Source of the DNA: Theionarchaea archaeon
GTDB lineage: Archaea > Methanobacteriota_B > Thermococci > Methanofastidiosales > SZ-28-30
Length of the DNA: 39,260 nucleotides
NCBI GenBank assembly: GCA_018992685.1
Contig: JACVGT010000042.1
Coordinates: 1-39,260 of the forward strand
Reading direction: 5' to 3'
Position numbers and translations under genes: made by a program. How positions within the stretch are numbered: position 1 is the first letter of the stretch; the number at the start of each line of letters is the position of its first letter. Below are positions 1 through 9,193 of the stretch, piece after piece. The notes under the pieces were generated by a model, which saw only the letters and a program-made list of their open reading frames with translations, was not told where the DNA came from and ran no database searches.

Positions 1-2
1 AG

Positions 3-104
3 TACATCACCGACCCATACGGTGACTGTGACATCCTGATCATCGCAGGTGCTGACAGAGACGCCACCAGAGAAGCAGCTCAAGACCTGATTGACCAGCT
101 TTAA
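3..104 (+). CDS. S-layer protein, C-terminal end (gene truncated by window start)
   Basis: Frame 3 reads YITDPYGDCDILIIAGADRDATREAAQDLIDQL*, matching the 'ILIVAGxDRxxTxxAA' end of Thermococcales/Methanococcales S-layer proteins (S_layer_C). A long T tract follows. Confidence 0.8.
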   Translation, partial: YITDPYGDCDILIIAGADRDATREAAQDLIDQL

Positions 105-109
105 ACCAT

Positions 110-146
110 ATTTTTCTTTCTTTTTTGTTTATTTTCTCTTCTTTTT
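110..146 (+). terminator. Archaeal oligo-T terminator
   Basis: tttttctttcttttttgtttattttctcttcttttt immediately after the stop at 104. Confidence 0.75.
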
Positions 147-476
147 AGATTACAGCTGAAACGTTACTCTGTTCCTTAATATCATGTAACTTTGCTCTCT
201 TTTTCGAGGAGTGCTAGCTGCATGAACATGCTCCCTGCTTGATAATGTAACAACCATTTCACCACGACCTGTAAACAGAATAGCAGTTTTCTTTGTGAGA
301 AGATCCATGCACACCCAAGAGGTGGCTCCAAGCCTCTTGAGCCACGACTCAGAAAAGAACAGCAGTCACTCGTGAATAGCAGTCCAGAGAGTCATGCAGT
401 ACAGTTCATGCACTGCTACTTTTACCAAGAACGGCTACAAGAACCATCTCAATCAAGAATAAAAGTGAAAGAAGAA

Positions 477-1040
477 TTAGTCCACCTTTTCGTCATATAC
501 TCCTTGTGAGAAGCGATCCAGAATCATCGTTGGCTTTGAAATCTCAACATATAGAGGCAGTTCTGCCACAGTCTCTCCGGTTTCTCTGTCTACGACGACA
601 ATAACCCACTCTCCCACAGGAAAGTCCAGCTTAGTTCTCCCGATGAAAACAAAGATCCCATCCTCAAAGTAGAAAATGCTCCATCCACCAAGATCATGGC
701 ACCAAATGTAGAACTTCACTGAAACTTGGTCTCCCAGACATTCTGCACCGTCAACAGGAACATTGGCAACATTGGTCCGATCTCCATCGGGGTACTGCAA
801 GTAGAATTCAGGACACAAACAGAAATCCTTGCATTCTTCGGTAGAGATTGTCGCCTCTATCACGTCAATGGCCGGCACCTTGTACCACATGCCCTCCACC
901 AATAGTGGAATTCCATTGTACTCTGCTTCCATGCTCGCATAGGAAAGCACATTCTCACGTCCTCCCTGTACTATCCCGGTAAGGAACAGAACACACAAGA
1001 GGCCCACGATTCCAATTCTTCTCGTATTATCAACTCCCAT
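477..1040 (-). CDS. Hypothetical exported protein
   Basis: Likely start is the ATG at 1040 (MGVDNTRRIGIVGLLCVLFLTG, signal-peptide-like), overlapping the upstream stop. The longer ORF-track start lies inside the upstream gene. Confidence 0.65.
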   Translation of the reverse strand: MGVDNTRRIGIVGLLCVLFLTGIVQGGRENVLSYASMEAEYNGIPLLVEGMWYKVPAIDVIEATISTEECKDFCLCPEFYLQYPDGDRTNVANVPVDGAECLGDQVSVKFYIWCHDLGGWSIFYFEDGIFVFIGRTKLDFPVGEWVIVVVDRETGETVAELPLYVEISKPTMILDRFSQGVYDEKVD

Positions 1041-1515
1041 ACAAGTCAGGCTCAATGTACCAGTCAATGAACTTCCACTCACCGTTCTCCCACCGGTACT
1101 TGTGCAGTGTTGTCGTTTCAACTGGCTCCTGCCCTTGCTCAGTAATCCTCACATTGATGAAAACAGTGGCTATGTCACCCTGGATATCCAAATACTGGAT
1201 CCCTAGGTATTCCACCTGTCGATTTGTGTCCACAACTTCCTGCAGCATAATCCATATCTCCGTTTGAGCTGCTTCTTCTGACCCAGTCATCTGAATGAGC
1301 TTATCCTTGCTCTGCTGACTGAGCAGATCCCAATACATGGTCTTGTACTCTGGCTGATCCACATTGTTGAATACTTCGATGAAATACTGTACAGTGGGTT
1401 CAATCTTGCTCTCTCTGATTGAATACTCGCTCCGGCTCTGGATTACTGACACTACGGACAGAATGAGCACCACAGCCACAACTGCACAGATGAACGCGAT
1501 GATCTTTCTTTGCAT
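1030..1515 (-). CDS. Membrane-anchored protein, NTF2-like fold suspected
   Basis: N-terminal hydrophobic helix; 'YWDLLSQQSK', 'GDIATV' and 'RWENGEWK' are typical of NTF2-like/DUF4878-type domains. A TATA (aaacctttata) lies about 25 nt upstream. Confidence 0.7.
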   Translation of the reverse strand: MQRKIIAFICAVVAVVLILSVVSVIQSRSEYSIRESKIEPTVQYFIEVFNNVDQPEYKTMYWDLLSQQSKDKLIQMTGSEEAAQTEIWIMLQEVVDTNRQVEYLGIQYLDIQGDIATVFINVRITEQGQEPVETTTLHKYRWENGEWKFIDWYIEPDLYGS

Positions 1516-1766
1516 GTACTTTCCTTCTTCTGAGACATATAAAGGTTTTCCTGCTCTGAATGAAGAATGCCACGGTTTCTTGAGGGAAAGTGTATTTCAG
1601 ATCACAGGTTCAGCAAGGGAGGGAATCAGCAATAGAAAGTGAATCGACAATACGACATCAATGCTGGGCCGCTAGCAAGCTCTTGTTGATCTTCCTACCA
1701 GATCTACTAGCGAGATCACCCCCAGCGTAGCAAAACATTTTTATATGTTTCCTTGGATGAGCTCTC

Positions 1767-3089
1767 ATGAGATCCGTGATGATTTTGATGTTTCTACTGA
1801 TCCAGGTAGGATTCCCTCAGATGAATGAAGTCGCAGAGCAACCTTTTGAGGGATATGCCCATGTCCTTCTGACATCAGATCTGACGAACGACCAGTCGAA
1901 AGAGATAATCGTGTTTGATGAGATTGCGAGCACAGTGAAATGTTTCGACTGCTTTCTAACCCTGCTGTGGACGTTGGAAGTGGAATATCCAGTCATAACA
2001 GCTGCTGCCAGAGATGTGGACAGCGACGGAATGGAAGAGGTTTTCTTTCTGGAAGAGCTGAAAAGCGGTACTTTCTACCCATACCGTGTAATCAGTGTGG
2101 AACCTGATGGCACCCCCAACTGGAGGAAATTTATCGAAGTTAATGTTCATGCAGACCTGCAATTTCACTTCATTGATGCAGACGGAAATCCCGGAGAGGA
2201 AATCGTCATTGCCAACAGGATACTGATGGAAGACGGACTAGAGCGGCTGGCTTTTGAACGAGATAGGACCATTATCAGTGCTGTGCTGTCTGAAGGTATT
2301 CCTTATTTTCTGACCTATCTGCCAGAAGAGGCGTCATATGAGCTCTACACATTTGACACTGAGCCTCTGTGGAAAGGTGATGATTGCCGGGTCGAAGGAA
2401 CAGAAGTCACCTTGGAGATTCCGCTCTGCACCCTCTTCATGAAAGCTCACCTCTGTTCGTGCGTAGAGGACTGGGCTCTTGAACCTGGAGAACAGGTTGT
2501 GAAAAATGTACGTCTGTGGGCCGATATCACAGGTGACGGGGAAGAAGAGGCCTTGTTTGTTTCCGATACCACGATCAAGCTTCTAGATGATGAGGAAACT
2601 ACTGCGTGGACCTGGGAATGCCCAGATTCCGTGGAGAGTGTTTCTGTTATAGATTTTGCAGACGATGGTGTGCTGGAACTTGTAGTGGCCACTCCTCTAA
2701 AGGGAATTCGTGTTCCTTCGGTATATATCGTCGACAGCCAGGGCAGTCTCCTGACAGTTCTTTCGTTCGGCCTGTCAGAGCCTCAATTTCAGTTCACAGA
2801 TCTGGATGGGGATGATGACGTAGATGTGTGGACCTGCGACCTGAAATCCAGAGGAAGTACCCTTCGTGTCTACTCCAGTGATGCAGCCAGCGGGCCTCTG
2901 GATGCCTTGAGCCCCAGGGGCGTGCTTCGAACCATTGATCCTGCGGGCCCTGTCACGGCCTTTTGGAAACTCTTTGCACAATACCAGGCGCTGATGCTCG
3001 TAGCCCTCCTCGTTGCTGCGAGTGTAGTCCTGTTCCTCGTGAGGCAGAGAAAAAAAAGAAGAACAGAATCAACACAGAAGGGAGAATAA
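1767..3089 (+). CDS. Cell-surface protein with FG-GAP/VCBS-like Ca-binding repeats and C-terminal TM anchor
   Basis: Signal peptide; repeats DLTNDQSKEI, DVDSDGMEEV, DADGNPGEEI, DITGDGEEEA, DFADDGVLEL, DLDGDDDVDV; TM helix followed by RQRKKRR. Confidence 0.8.
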   Translation: MRSVMILMFLLIQVGFPQMNEVAEQPFEGYAHVLLTSDLTNDQSKEIIVFDEIASTVKCFDCFLTLLWTLEVEYPVITAAARDVDSDGMEEVFFLEELKSGTFYPYRVISVEPDGTPNWRKFIEVNVHADLQFHFIDADGNPGEEIVIANRILMEDGLERLAFERDRTIISAVLSEGIPYFLTYLPEEASYELYTFDTEPLWKGDDCRVEGTEVTLEIPLCTLFMKAHLCSCVEDWALEPGEQVVKNVRLWADITGDGEEEALFVSDTTIKLLDDEETTAWTWECPDSVESVSVIDFADDGVLELVVATPLKGIRVPSVYIVDSQGSLLTVLSFGLSEPQFQFTDLDGDDDVDVWTCDLKSRGSTLRVYSSDAASGPLDALSPRGVLRTIDPAGPVTAFWKLFAQYQALMLVALLVAASVVLFLVRQRKKRRTESTQKGE

Positions 3090-3183
3090 CCCAGTTAGAT
3101 CCTCAAGAAAAAACTCTTCGGATTATGACTGAGCAGACGCCATTTCAAGAAACACTTATAAGAGTCCCACTCGTCATCATGTT

Positions 3184-3900
3184 ATGATTGAATGGATATT
3201 CTTAGTAGTCGGAATTGTGACAGTCATCATCCCGCTCAGTGTTGCCTTTTTCTTGAATCGGAAATTCAGGAGCTCCTGGATCTTTCTGGTTTTTGGAGCT
3301 GCCATGTTTGTCTTGTCTCTGGTAAGGATTCCATTGAACCTTGGTGTCCAAGATATCTTCAACGCTCACCTTGTTGGTGTTCCACTTCTGGTAGTCAGTG
3401 CACTCTTCCCTTCAGCGACTGCAGGTATATTCGAGGAAGGGTGTAGGTATTTGGGGTATCGCTACCTGATCAATCCTGAGAAAAGAACCTGGCCCAACGG
3501 GTTAATGTACGGGGTGGGTCATGGGGGCATTGAAGCAATCCTTCTGTTAGGCCTGAACTATGTAGTTCTCTTTGTAGTATTGCGGTTTGCCACCGGACTG
3601 CTGCCCCCTGGAATGTTGTCTCAAGTAACGGATGTTCCCGCCTACATGCCCTTTGTGGCCTTTCTTGAGAGGATATTCGCCCTTTGTATCCAGATAGGAT
3701 TTTCCATTCTTGTGCTCCAGTGCTTCGTCCAGAAATCTCTCAAGTTTATCGGATATGCCATTGGACTACACCTTGCAGTCGACTTTCTAGCAGTGATGAT
3801 TGCTCAAAAGTCCATTGCTGCTGCAGAGGGAATAGCGGGTGCTTTCGCCATCCTCGGGCTCTATATTGTCTGGAGGTTCAGAGAGAGTACTAGAACTTAA
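3184..3900 (+). CDS. YhfC-family intramembrane glutamic/metalloprotease (PrsW/CAAX superfamily)
   Basis: Multi-TM protein with motifs AGIFEEGCRY, GVGHGGIEA, ERIFA and AIGLHLAVD. Confidence 0.85.
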   Translation: MIEWIFLVVGIVTVIIPLSVAFFLNRKFRSSWIFLVFGAAMFVLSLVRIPLNLGVQDIFNAHLVGVPLLVVSALFPSATAGIFEEGCRYLGYRYLINPEKRTWPNGLMYGVGHGGIEAILLLGLNYVVLFVVLRFATGLLPPGMLSQVTDVPAYMPFVAFLERIFALCIQIGFSILVLQCFVQKSLKFIGYAIGLHLAVDFLAVMIAQKSIAAAEGIAGAFAILGLYIVWRFRESTRT

Positions 3901-3957
3901 ATACCTGGGAAATACAGATAACTTTTTAAGGGCAAAGATGTAAAATATCGTGGTAGC

Positions 3958-6015
3958 ATGAGCCCACCTGAGGTTAGAACGGTTCCCGGGAATCATGTAT
4001 GTTGCATGGAATGTGGTGGAGAGTGGCTCCGGAATTCTGTAATGGAGGGAATAGCAAACAATCAGCAGTGCCTGCTGATGGGAGATGAAGCATCCCTGGC
4101 ACATATGAAAGAGGAGATCTCCGAAAATCAGGACAATGTCATCTTCTTTTCTCTTGGAAAGGAGGCTTCTAGGGTCAGACCTGCAGAACTCCTAAACACA
4201 GTTGAGACCTTCATTAAGAAAGCAAAAGACGACGGATTCTCCTCATTGAAAATAATCCAGGACATGAACTGGATTGAATCCAATGAAGTGAGCCACAACC
4301 AGTGTCGTGATTATGAAGCTCGCCTTGATATGATATGTAAAGAATCCAATGTGGTGTGTGTATGCCTTTATGGGACTGCTACTTCTTCTTCCGTCTTGTC
4401 AGAAGCCTTGAAGACACACCCTCTCGTTGCAATTGAAGAAGTCCTTTACGAAAATTGGTTCTACCTGCCGCCTGAACTTCTCTTACAGGATTGTGAGTCA
4501 GAGCTGGTGAGAGCATATCTCAGGAAAATCGTGGACTTCCAGGCTGAGGCTACACGGAGGGATCAAGCCTCAGAAAAAGAAGAGGAGTTTGATACGACTG
4601 GAACGAAAAAACAGGAGAAGAATCTGGAGTTTCTGGCTGGAGTCGTCGAAAATGTCATGGAGGCTGTGATTGTCACAGATGCCAAGGGAGTGATCACCTA
4701 CGTAAACCCTTCAGTATGTGAAATGTTTGGATATTCCAAGAGAGAGTTGAAGGGAAAACTTGTCAGCATGCTCAATTCCAAGAAGTCTCCGGTGACCTTC
4801 CACGAAATACTCCGTCAAAAGAAAAACTGGGAAGGAGAAATGCTTGCTATTCGAAAAAACGGGGTCCGATTCCCCATTTGGTTGAGGCTGTCTCCCCTGT
4901 ATAATGAAAGAGAGGAGACCACAGCCTTTGTGTCAGTGTGTCGAGACATTACAGAACAGAAAGAAGCAGAAGAAAAACTGCAGCGGTATGCACTATTACT
5001 GGAAATGAAGGTAAGAGAGAAGACTAGAGGAACAGAAACGTTGCTCAAGACCAGCTACAGTCTGAGAACTACATCCAACTGGCGAAAGGGAATAGAAACC
5101 ATAACCAAAGGAATTGTGGAGGGATTGGGATTCGACCGAGCTGCTGTCTTCTTTGTCAATGAGCATGAACAGGTCCTGGAATGCAAGGGGCAACTCAACA
5201 TGTCCGAGAAAATGTTGAGAGTGAAAATCCCGCTGAAAGATACCAGATACGCGGTGGTGAAATGTGTTACTGAGTGCGAGCCACTGCTTGTAAGAGATGC
5301 TTTATCTGATGTGAGGATACAGGTGCATCTGGAAGAAGAAGCCAGAGAATTCGTATGGGTGCCCATTTTGTTCCAATCTGGCGTTCTGGGAGCCATTGGG
5401 GCAGACAGAGCCAGAAGCCAGAATCCCATTGAATCAGAAGATGTGGATATGTTGGAACTCTATGCCAACCAAATTGCAGAGTTCATTGAGAGAACCAGGC
5501 TGGTAGTGGAGCCTGAAATTGAGAAGCAGGTCTCCACACCCCTCAAGTATGATCTGGAATCTCGTGAAGTATACATTGTAGAAGAAGAGAGCTCTGACAA
5601 AGCATTTGACATTTTTACAGACCTGGTTAAACACGGGTTCAAGGGGTTTGGAATTTGCAGGACTCATCCCCAGAAGGTTCGGGAGAAATATGCTCTGGAA
5701 AGGACTCCCGTGATGTGGCTCTCTGAAATCGAGAGCAAGCAGTTGGAGCAGGTGGGTCCTCAGGACATCCCCAAGTTGACGTATGTGGTGTCGGAGTTCA
5801 TCAAGCGAGCGCAGCCCGCAGTGGTAATACTGGAAGGTGTGGAATACCTGATGGTTCAAAATGATTTTAAGACAGTGTTGAAGCTGTTGCACACCCTCTC
5901 AGATTACGTAGTTACTTCCCAATCTATTCTGCTTCTACCTATAAATCCGAGGTCTTTGCCTGTGCATCAGCATGTTCTGCTCAGGAGAGCTTTCAGAACA
6001 GTACCAGAGGGATGA
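3958..6015 (+). CDS. MEDS-PAS-GAF-DUF835 sensor protein
   Basis: MEDS (DMNW...YEARL...CLY...THP), PAS (TDAKGVITYVNP...GYSKRELKG...RKNG...RDITEQK), GAF (VPILFQSGVLGAI) and DUF835 (GICRTHP, PVMWLS, VVILEGVEYLMVQNDF). Confidence 0.85.
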   Translation: MSPPEVRTVPGNHVCCMECGGEWLRNSVMEGIANNQQCLLMGDEASLAHMKEEISENQDNVIFFSLGKEASRVRPAELLNTVETFIKKAKDDGFSSLKIIQDMNWIESNEVSHNQCRDYEARLDMICKESNVVCVCLYGTATSSSVLSEALKTHPLVAIEEVLYENWFYLPPELLLQDCESELVRAYLRKIVDFQAEATRRDQASEKEEEFDTTGTKKQEKNLEFLAGVVENVMEAVIVTDAKGVITYVNPSVCEMFGYSKRELKGKLVSMLNSKKSPVTFHEILRQKKNWEGEMLAIRKNGVRFPIWLRLSPLYNEREETTAFVSVCRDITEQKEAEEKLQRYALLLEMKVREKTRGTETLLKTSYSLRTTSNWRKGIETITKGIVEGLGFDRAAVFFVNEHEQVLECKGQLNMSEKMLRVKIPLKDTRYAVVKCVTECEPLLVRDALSDVRIQVHLEEEAREFVWVPILFQSGVLGAIGADRARSQNPIESEDVDMLELYANQIAEFIERTRLVVEPEIEKQVSTPLKYDLESREVYIVEEESSDKAFDIFTDLVKHGFKGFGICRTHPQKVREKYALERTPVMWLSEIESKQLEQVGPQDIPKLTYVVSEFIKRAQPAVVILEGVEYLMVQNDFKTVLKLLHTLSDYVVTSQSILLLPINPRSLPVHQHVLLRRAFRTVPEG

Positions 6016-6209
6016 GGCAGCATGATCGCAGAATAGTCATTTTCGGCACATAGATAACCATGGGGCATCACTCTATTGAAAATGATATTCACTGTGAAAA
6101 AAGAAGATTTTTAAAAGAAAAGAACACTACCATAGGAATTTTTAGAAACGTGTAGAATAATTTTTTGGCTGATCTCATTCTTAATATATATTCTTCCTCA
6201 CCTGATTGT

Positions 6210-6323
6210 GAGGCATTTGTCAATGAAATCCAGGCACAGAAAGGCAAGAGGATATCAGAAGAAACGGCCGACATGCTGATCCAGTACGCTCAGAGTGTAA
6301 TTCAGCAAATTTGGACAACATAG
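6210..6323 (+). pseudogene. C-terminal remnant of a FIMAH-like domain protein
   Basis: Reads EAFVNEIQAQKGKRISEETADMLIQYAQSVIQQIWTT*, followed by a T tract. There is an upstream in-frame stop at 6153 and no upstream ATG (only a TTG at 6165). Confidence 0.6.
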
Positions 6324-6384
6324 AGACCAACCCTCTTTCTTTTTTCATTCTTGACAGATACAAAAGTCAATGCAACATGGTGGA

Positions 6385-6456
6385 TGCGGCTGCCGGGATT
6401 TGAACCCGGGTCGTGAGCTTGGAAGGCTCAAGTGCTAGCCACTACACTACAGCCGC
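6385..6456 (-). tRNA. tRNA-Gly (anticodon TCC), intronless, CCA not directly encoded
   Basis: GCGGCTG acceptor stem / CAGCCGC-A; anticodon arm TGAGC-CTTCCAA-GCTCA; T arm CCGGG-TTCAAAT-CCCGG. Confidence 0.97.
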
Positions 6457-6478
6457 TCACGTTCAAGTTCTCTGTCTG

Positions 6479-6493
6479 TTTATAAGGTTTTCC
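6479..6493 (-). promoter_or_regulatory. BRE/TATA promoter of tRNA-Gly
   Basis: Minus strand GGAAAACCTTATAAA about 23 nt upstream of the tRNA 5' end. Confidence 0.75.
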
Positions 6494-6517
6494 TCCTCAC
6501 TTCTCACTTCTCACTCC

Positions 6518-7969
6518 TCACTCTCCATTTGATCCGGTATCAACAACACTCTTCACGTACCACACGATGTACCCGAGAGCTGCAGCCATTCCCGAAAAAC
6601 TGACAATGAGGAGCCACATGTCTTCCTGAGAATAGCAGCTCAGCTGGTAGGCTGCTTTAACCACAACCTGCGTAGCATCTTTGAATATCTGCTGATCGAA
6701 ATGCTCCAGGTCATCGTGTCCAGTATGAATGTAGGGAACGACTTTTCCAAATCGTTTCCTATGGTAATAAAGAGTGTGACCTCCTCTTTTCTTGAAAAAA
6801 TCACTTTCGCCTGTGTATACCTCGGAAATCACAGGGCGTAGGAGATTCTTTTCGTCAACAGTTGTAATATCAGTTGTAGGTATCCCTGCCTCAGTGAAAG
6901 AAACGAAGTCAGAAACTCCTCCAGTGTCTTCGAGATGCAATCGCTGTGGAGTGTAGCCAAGAACCTCCGATGCCAGAGAAGACACATATTGATCAATGTA
7001 GTAATTCGTGCGGAGTTCTGGGTTCCACATGTCCGGATAGCGAGGAGTTTCACCCACGCAAACAGTGTTTCCTGAGCCTATGCAATCGACATTGATACCC
7101 ACGCAGTGTGGCAGTGAATGTGTTTCCACAAAAGCTCCAGAACCCAACAATCCAATCTCCTCTGCATCAAAGAACGCAAAATACACAGTAGCAGTCGTTT
7201 GCTTGTCAGAGAGAATCCGGGCGCATTCCAACAGCGCAGCCACTCCTGACCCGTTATCAATTACTCCGTCAGTGAATACGGAGTCATAGTGGGCAGAGAG
7301 AAGAACGGTTCGTCCACTCCCAGGCTTTATGCCGATCACATTGTAGCCTTTCACATCTTTTCGATATGAGGAGAAATTTACATACACCACGGATTCTTCT
7401 GTCCTCTCTTGATTTACGAGGAGATAATCCTGGTAGGATATAGAAAAGAACGTCTCCTGGTAGGGTGAGAATGCTGGTTCATGTTCGCTGTACACCAGAT
7501 ACACGCCCTCATCAGCAGGTTCTTCATATGCTGAAGCTTCCACCAGTTGCAGGGGGGCAACCTGGCTGTATCCATCTGTTTCTATACCCATAGGTGGGAT
7601 CGCCCTGTCAGTGAGGTTGATCTGATCCGGGGTGGACAGGTCTCCATCAAAGTCGACTAACAGCTCATATTCAGTTATCTGAGACGTGGAAATGGTGAAT
7701 TCCTGTATCTCTACAGTGTATCCATAGCCTTTGAGAGTATCTGCTATATAGGTAGAGGCTGACGTGCACCCCCCAATGGTCTCGTCAGTTGTCGTGCCTG
7801 ATCCTGTCAGGCGAGGAGCACAAGCTACAAGAGCTTCCAGGTGCTTGAGGGCTGCTTCCACGCGCACCTCCTCTGACACGTCGAACTCAGACTGATGAGG
7901 ATACAGGAGCAGGATACATAGGGTGAAAAGAGCTGCCACAGCAAGAAATGCGGGGATTATCTTCCTCAT
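6518..7969 (-). CDS. M28-family Zn aminopeptidase, membrane-anchored
   Basis: Motifs SAHYDS, DNGSGVA, DAEEIGLLGS, NVDCIG, YIHTGHD; hydrophobic helices at both termini. Confidence 0.88.
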   Translation of the reverse strand: MRKIIPAFLAVAALFTLCILLLYPHQSEFDVSEEVRVEAALKHLEALVACAPRLTGSGTTTDETIGGCTSASTYIADTLKGYGYTVEIQEFTISTSQITEYELLVDFDGDLSTPDQINLTDRAIPPMGIETDGYSQVAPLQLVEASAYEEPADEGVYLVYSEHEPAFSPYQETFFSISYQDYLLVNQERTEESVVYVNFSSYRKDVKGYNVIGIKPGSGRTVLLSAHYDSVFTDGVIDNGSGVAALLECARILSDKQTTATVYFAFFDAEEIGLLGSGAFVETHSLPHCVGINVDCIGSGNTVCVGETPRYPDMWNPELRTNYYIDQYVSSLASEVLGYTPQRLHLEDTGGVSDFVSFTEAGIPTTDITTVDEKNLLRPVISEVYTGESDFFKKRGGHTLYYHRKRFGKVVPYIHTGHDDLEHFDQQIFKDATQVVVKAAYQLSCYSQEDMWLLIVSFSGMAAALGYIVWYVKSVVDTGSNGE

Positions 7970-8442
7970 GTGTATCCTATCTCTTTCAGTAATGCTTTTC
8001 TTTCCTCCCTCTGGGGCTCGTTTTCAACGCATTCCACCGGTGTCCCGTCCACTACTCCGACGACAGCTCTTCCCAAATCAGTTGTAGCCACCACAACCTG
8101 TAATGGATTCTCAGAGGCGGCATACACCGTGCAGGTGGTAGGATACTCTTTCACTGTATTCAGTACGTTGATGGGAAATGCTTTCTGCATCATGATGACG
8201 AACACATGCCCGGCTCCAATAGCACAACACGCACCCGCTGCACACTCTCTAAGAGACTCGCTAGTACCTTCTACACGGGTAAGCCGAGGTTTGGCTTCAT
8301 TCATGGCAAGGCCGAATTCGATTCCAGGAACGGCAGTCTTCAATGCCAGGGCCAGATCAACCACCGTAAAAATGGAGAAATTCCCCTGGCCGATTATACA
8401 TTCCACGCCTTCTGGCTTCTCTATGGGAACTATGTCTAACAT
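7966..8442 (-). CDS. Adenosine-specific kinase family protein
   Basis: IIGQGNF, FGLAMNEA, IGAGHVFVI, AFPINVLN, AASENPLQV and GRAVVGVVDG are signature segments. Confidence 0.88.
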   Translation of the reverse strand: MLDIVPIEKPEGVECIIGQGNFSIFTVVDLALALKTAVPGIEFGLAMNEAKPRLTRVEGTSESLRECAAGACCAIGAGHVFVIMMQKAFPINVLNTVKEYPTTCTVYAASENPLQVVVATTDLGRAVVGVVDGTPVECVENEPQREERKALLKEIGYT

Positions 8443-8521
8443 GTCACCACGAATGTGCTTTCCGTGTGCTATTCTTATAGTTATCGGCTATGTGCCCACA
8501 GTCCTCCGCTAACCGGGAAGG

Positions 8522-9190
8522 TTAGGCCAGAAGATGCAAGAAGAGTTGCAGGACAAGATCACCTTTCAAGAAAGCAATGATACATCCTGTGAGCATGTAA
8601 AGAATTAAAGGAGAACCATAGGTCACCCATATGTTCTCTCGATCGCACCGTTCTCTAAACGCAGCGATGTCGATGTCAATGTCAGGCAGCAGGTGCAAAT
8701 TTCCTGCCTCATCCTCAAGAGGGAGAAATCGATAGTCAAGGCCCTCCCGTGAACGGGGAAAGCCTGTGAAATACAGAAGAACCTTCTTCCCCCAGGAGGC
8801 CTTGCCCCTGTACCGATTCCCTCTTATCATGTTATAACTGAAAACTATTCCTACTTCAAGCACTTTTAAGACAGCCAGGTTGTTGAACACAGAAATCACA
8901 AAAAGAGGACTTGCAACACCTGAATATGTAGGAACGAGACAAGCCAGGGCAATCAGTGCCTTCATGTCAGCGCCGCCAAACAACCCAGAAATTGCCAGCA
9001 CAAATGCCAGGCCGCACGCCACTGCCACCCCAACGCCCATGAGCCTCCACTGATTGTCCCACAGTCTGAGGATGAATCCCGAAGCGCCCATGGCCAGCCA
9101 CAGGCTGTCAGGTATCTCCCTTGTCTTCACGTCATAGTATGAGCCACATAGCAAGAACCCCACTGCCAGTGCTGGTGCAAAAGGTGGCAT
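8522..9190 (-). CDS. Prepilin/prearchaellin peptidase (A24, PibD/FlaK-like)
   Basis: SYYDVKTREIPD, FGGADMKAL, C-terminal IWVTYGSPLI; located in the pilus operon. Confidence 0.88.
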   Translation of the reverse strand: MPPFAPALAVGFLLCGSYYDVKTREIPDSLWLAMGASGFILRLWDNQWRLMGVGVAVACGLAFVLAISGLFGGADMKALIALACLVPTYSGVASPLFVISVFNNLAVLKVLEVGIVFSYNMIRGNRYRGKASWGKKVLLYFTGFPRSREGLDYRFLPLEDEAGNLHLLPDIDIDIAAFRERCDRENIWVTYGSPLILYMLTGCIIAFLKGDLVLQLFLHLLA

Positions 9191-9193
9191 GGG

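Noticed and set aside
1041-1121. Extended N-termini given by the ORF track (also 10043-10069, 16597-16623, 17637-17699, 19211-19240)
   Set aside because: They overlap upstream genes or promoters; downstream ATGs have better RBS or signal-peptide context.
3130-3180. Minus-strand ATGATGA as a second C/D sRNA
   Set aside because: No correctly spaced D' or D boxes; the region is the promoter of the YhfC gene.
6324-6456. Intact integrated element at tRNA-Gly
   Set aside because: No integrase and no duplicated tRNA 3' end (att site) seen in the window.
7970-8512. 180-aa plus-strand ORF, and similar antisense ORFs at 16032-16682, 21583-22218, 30171-30674 and 30726-31325
   Set aside because: They lie opposite well-supported genes and have shadow-like composition.
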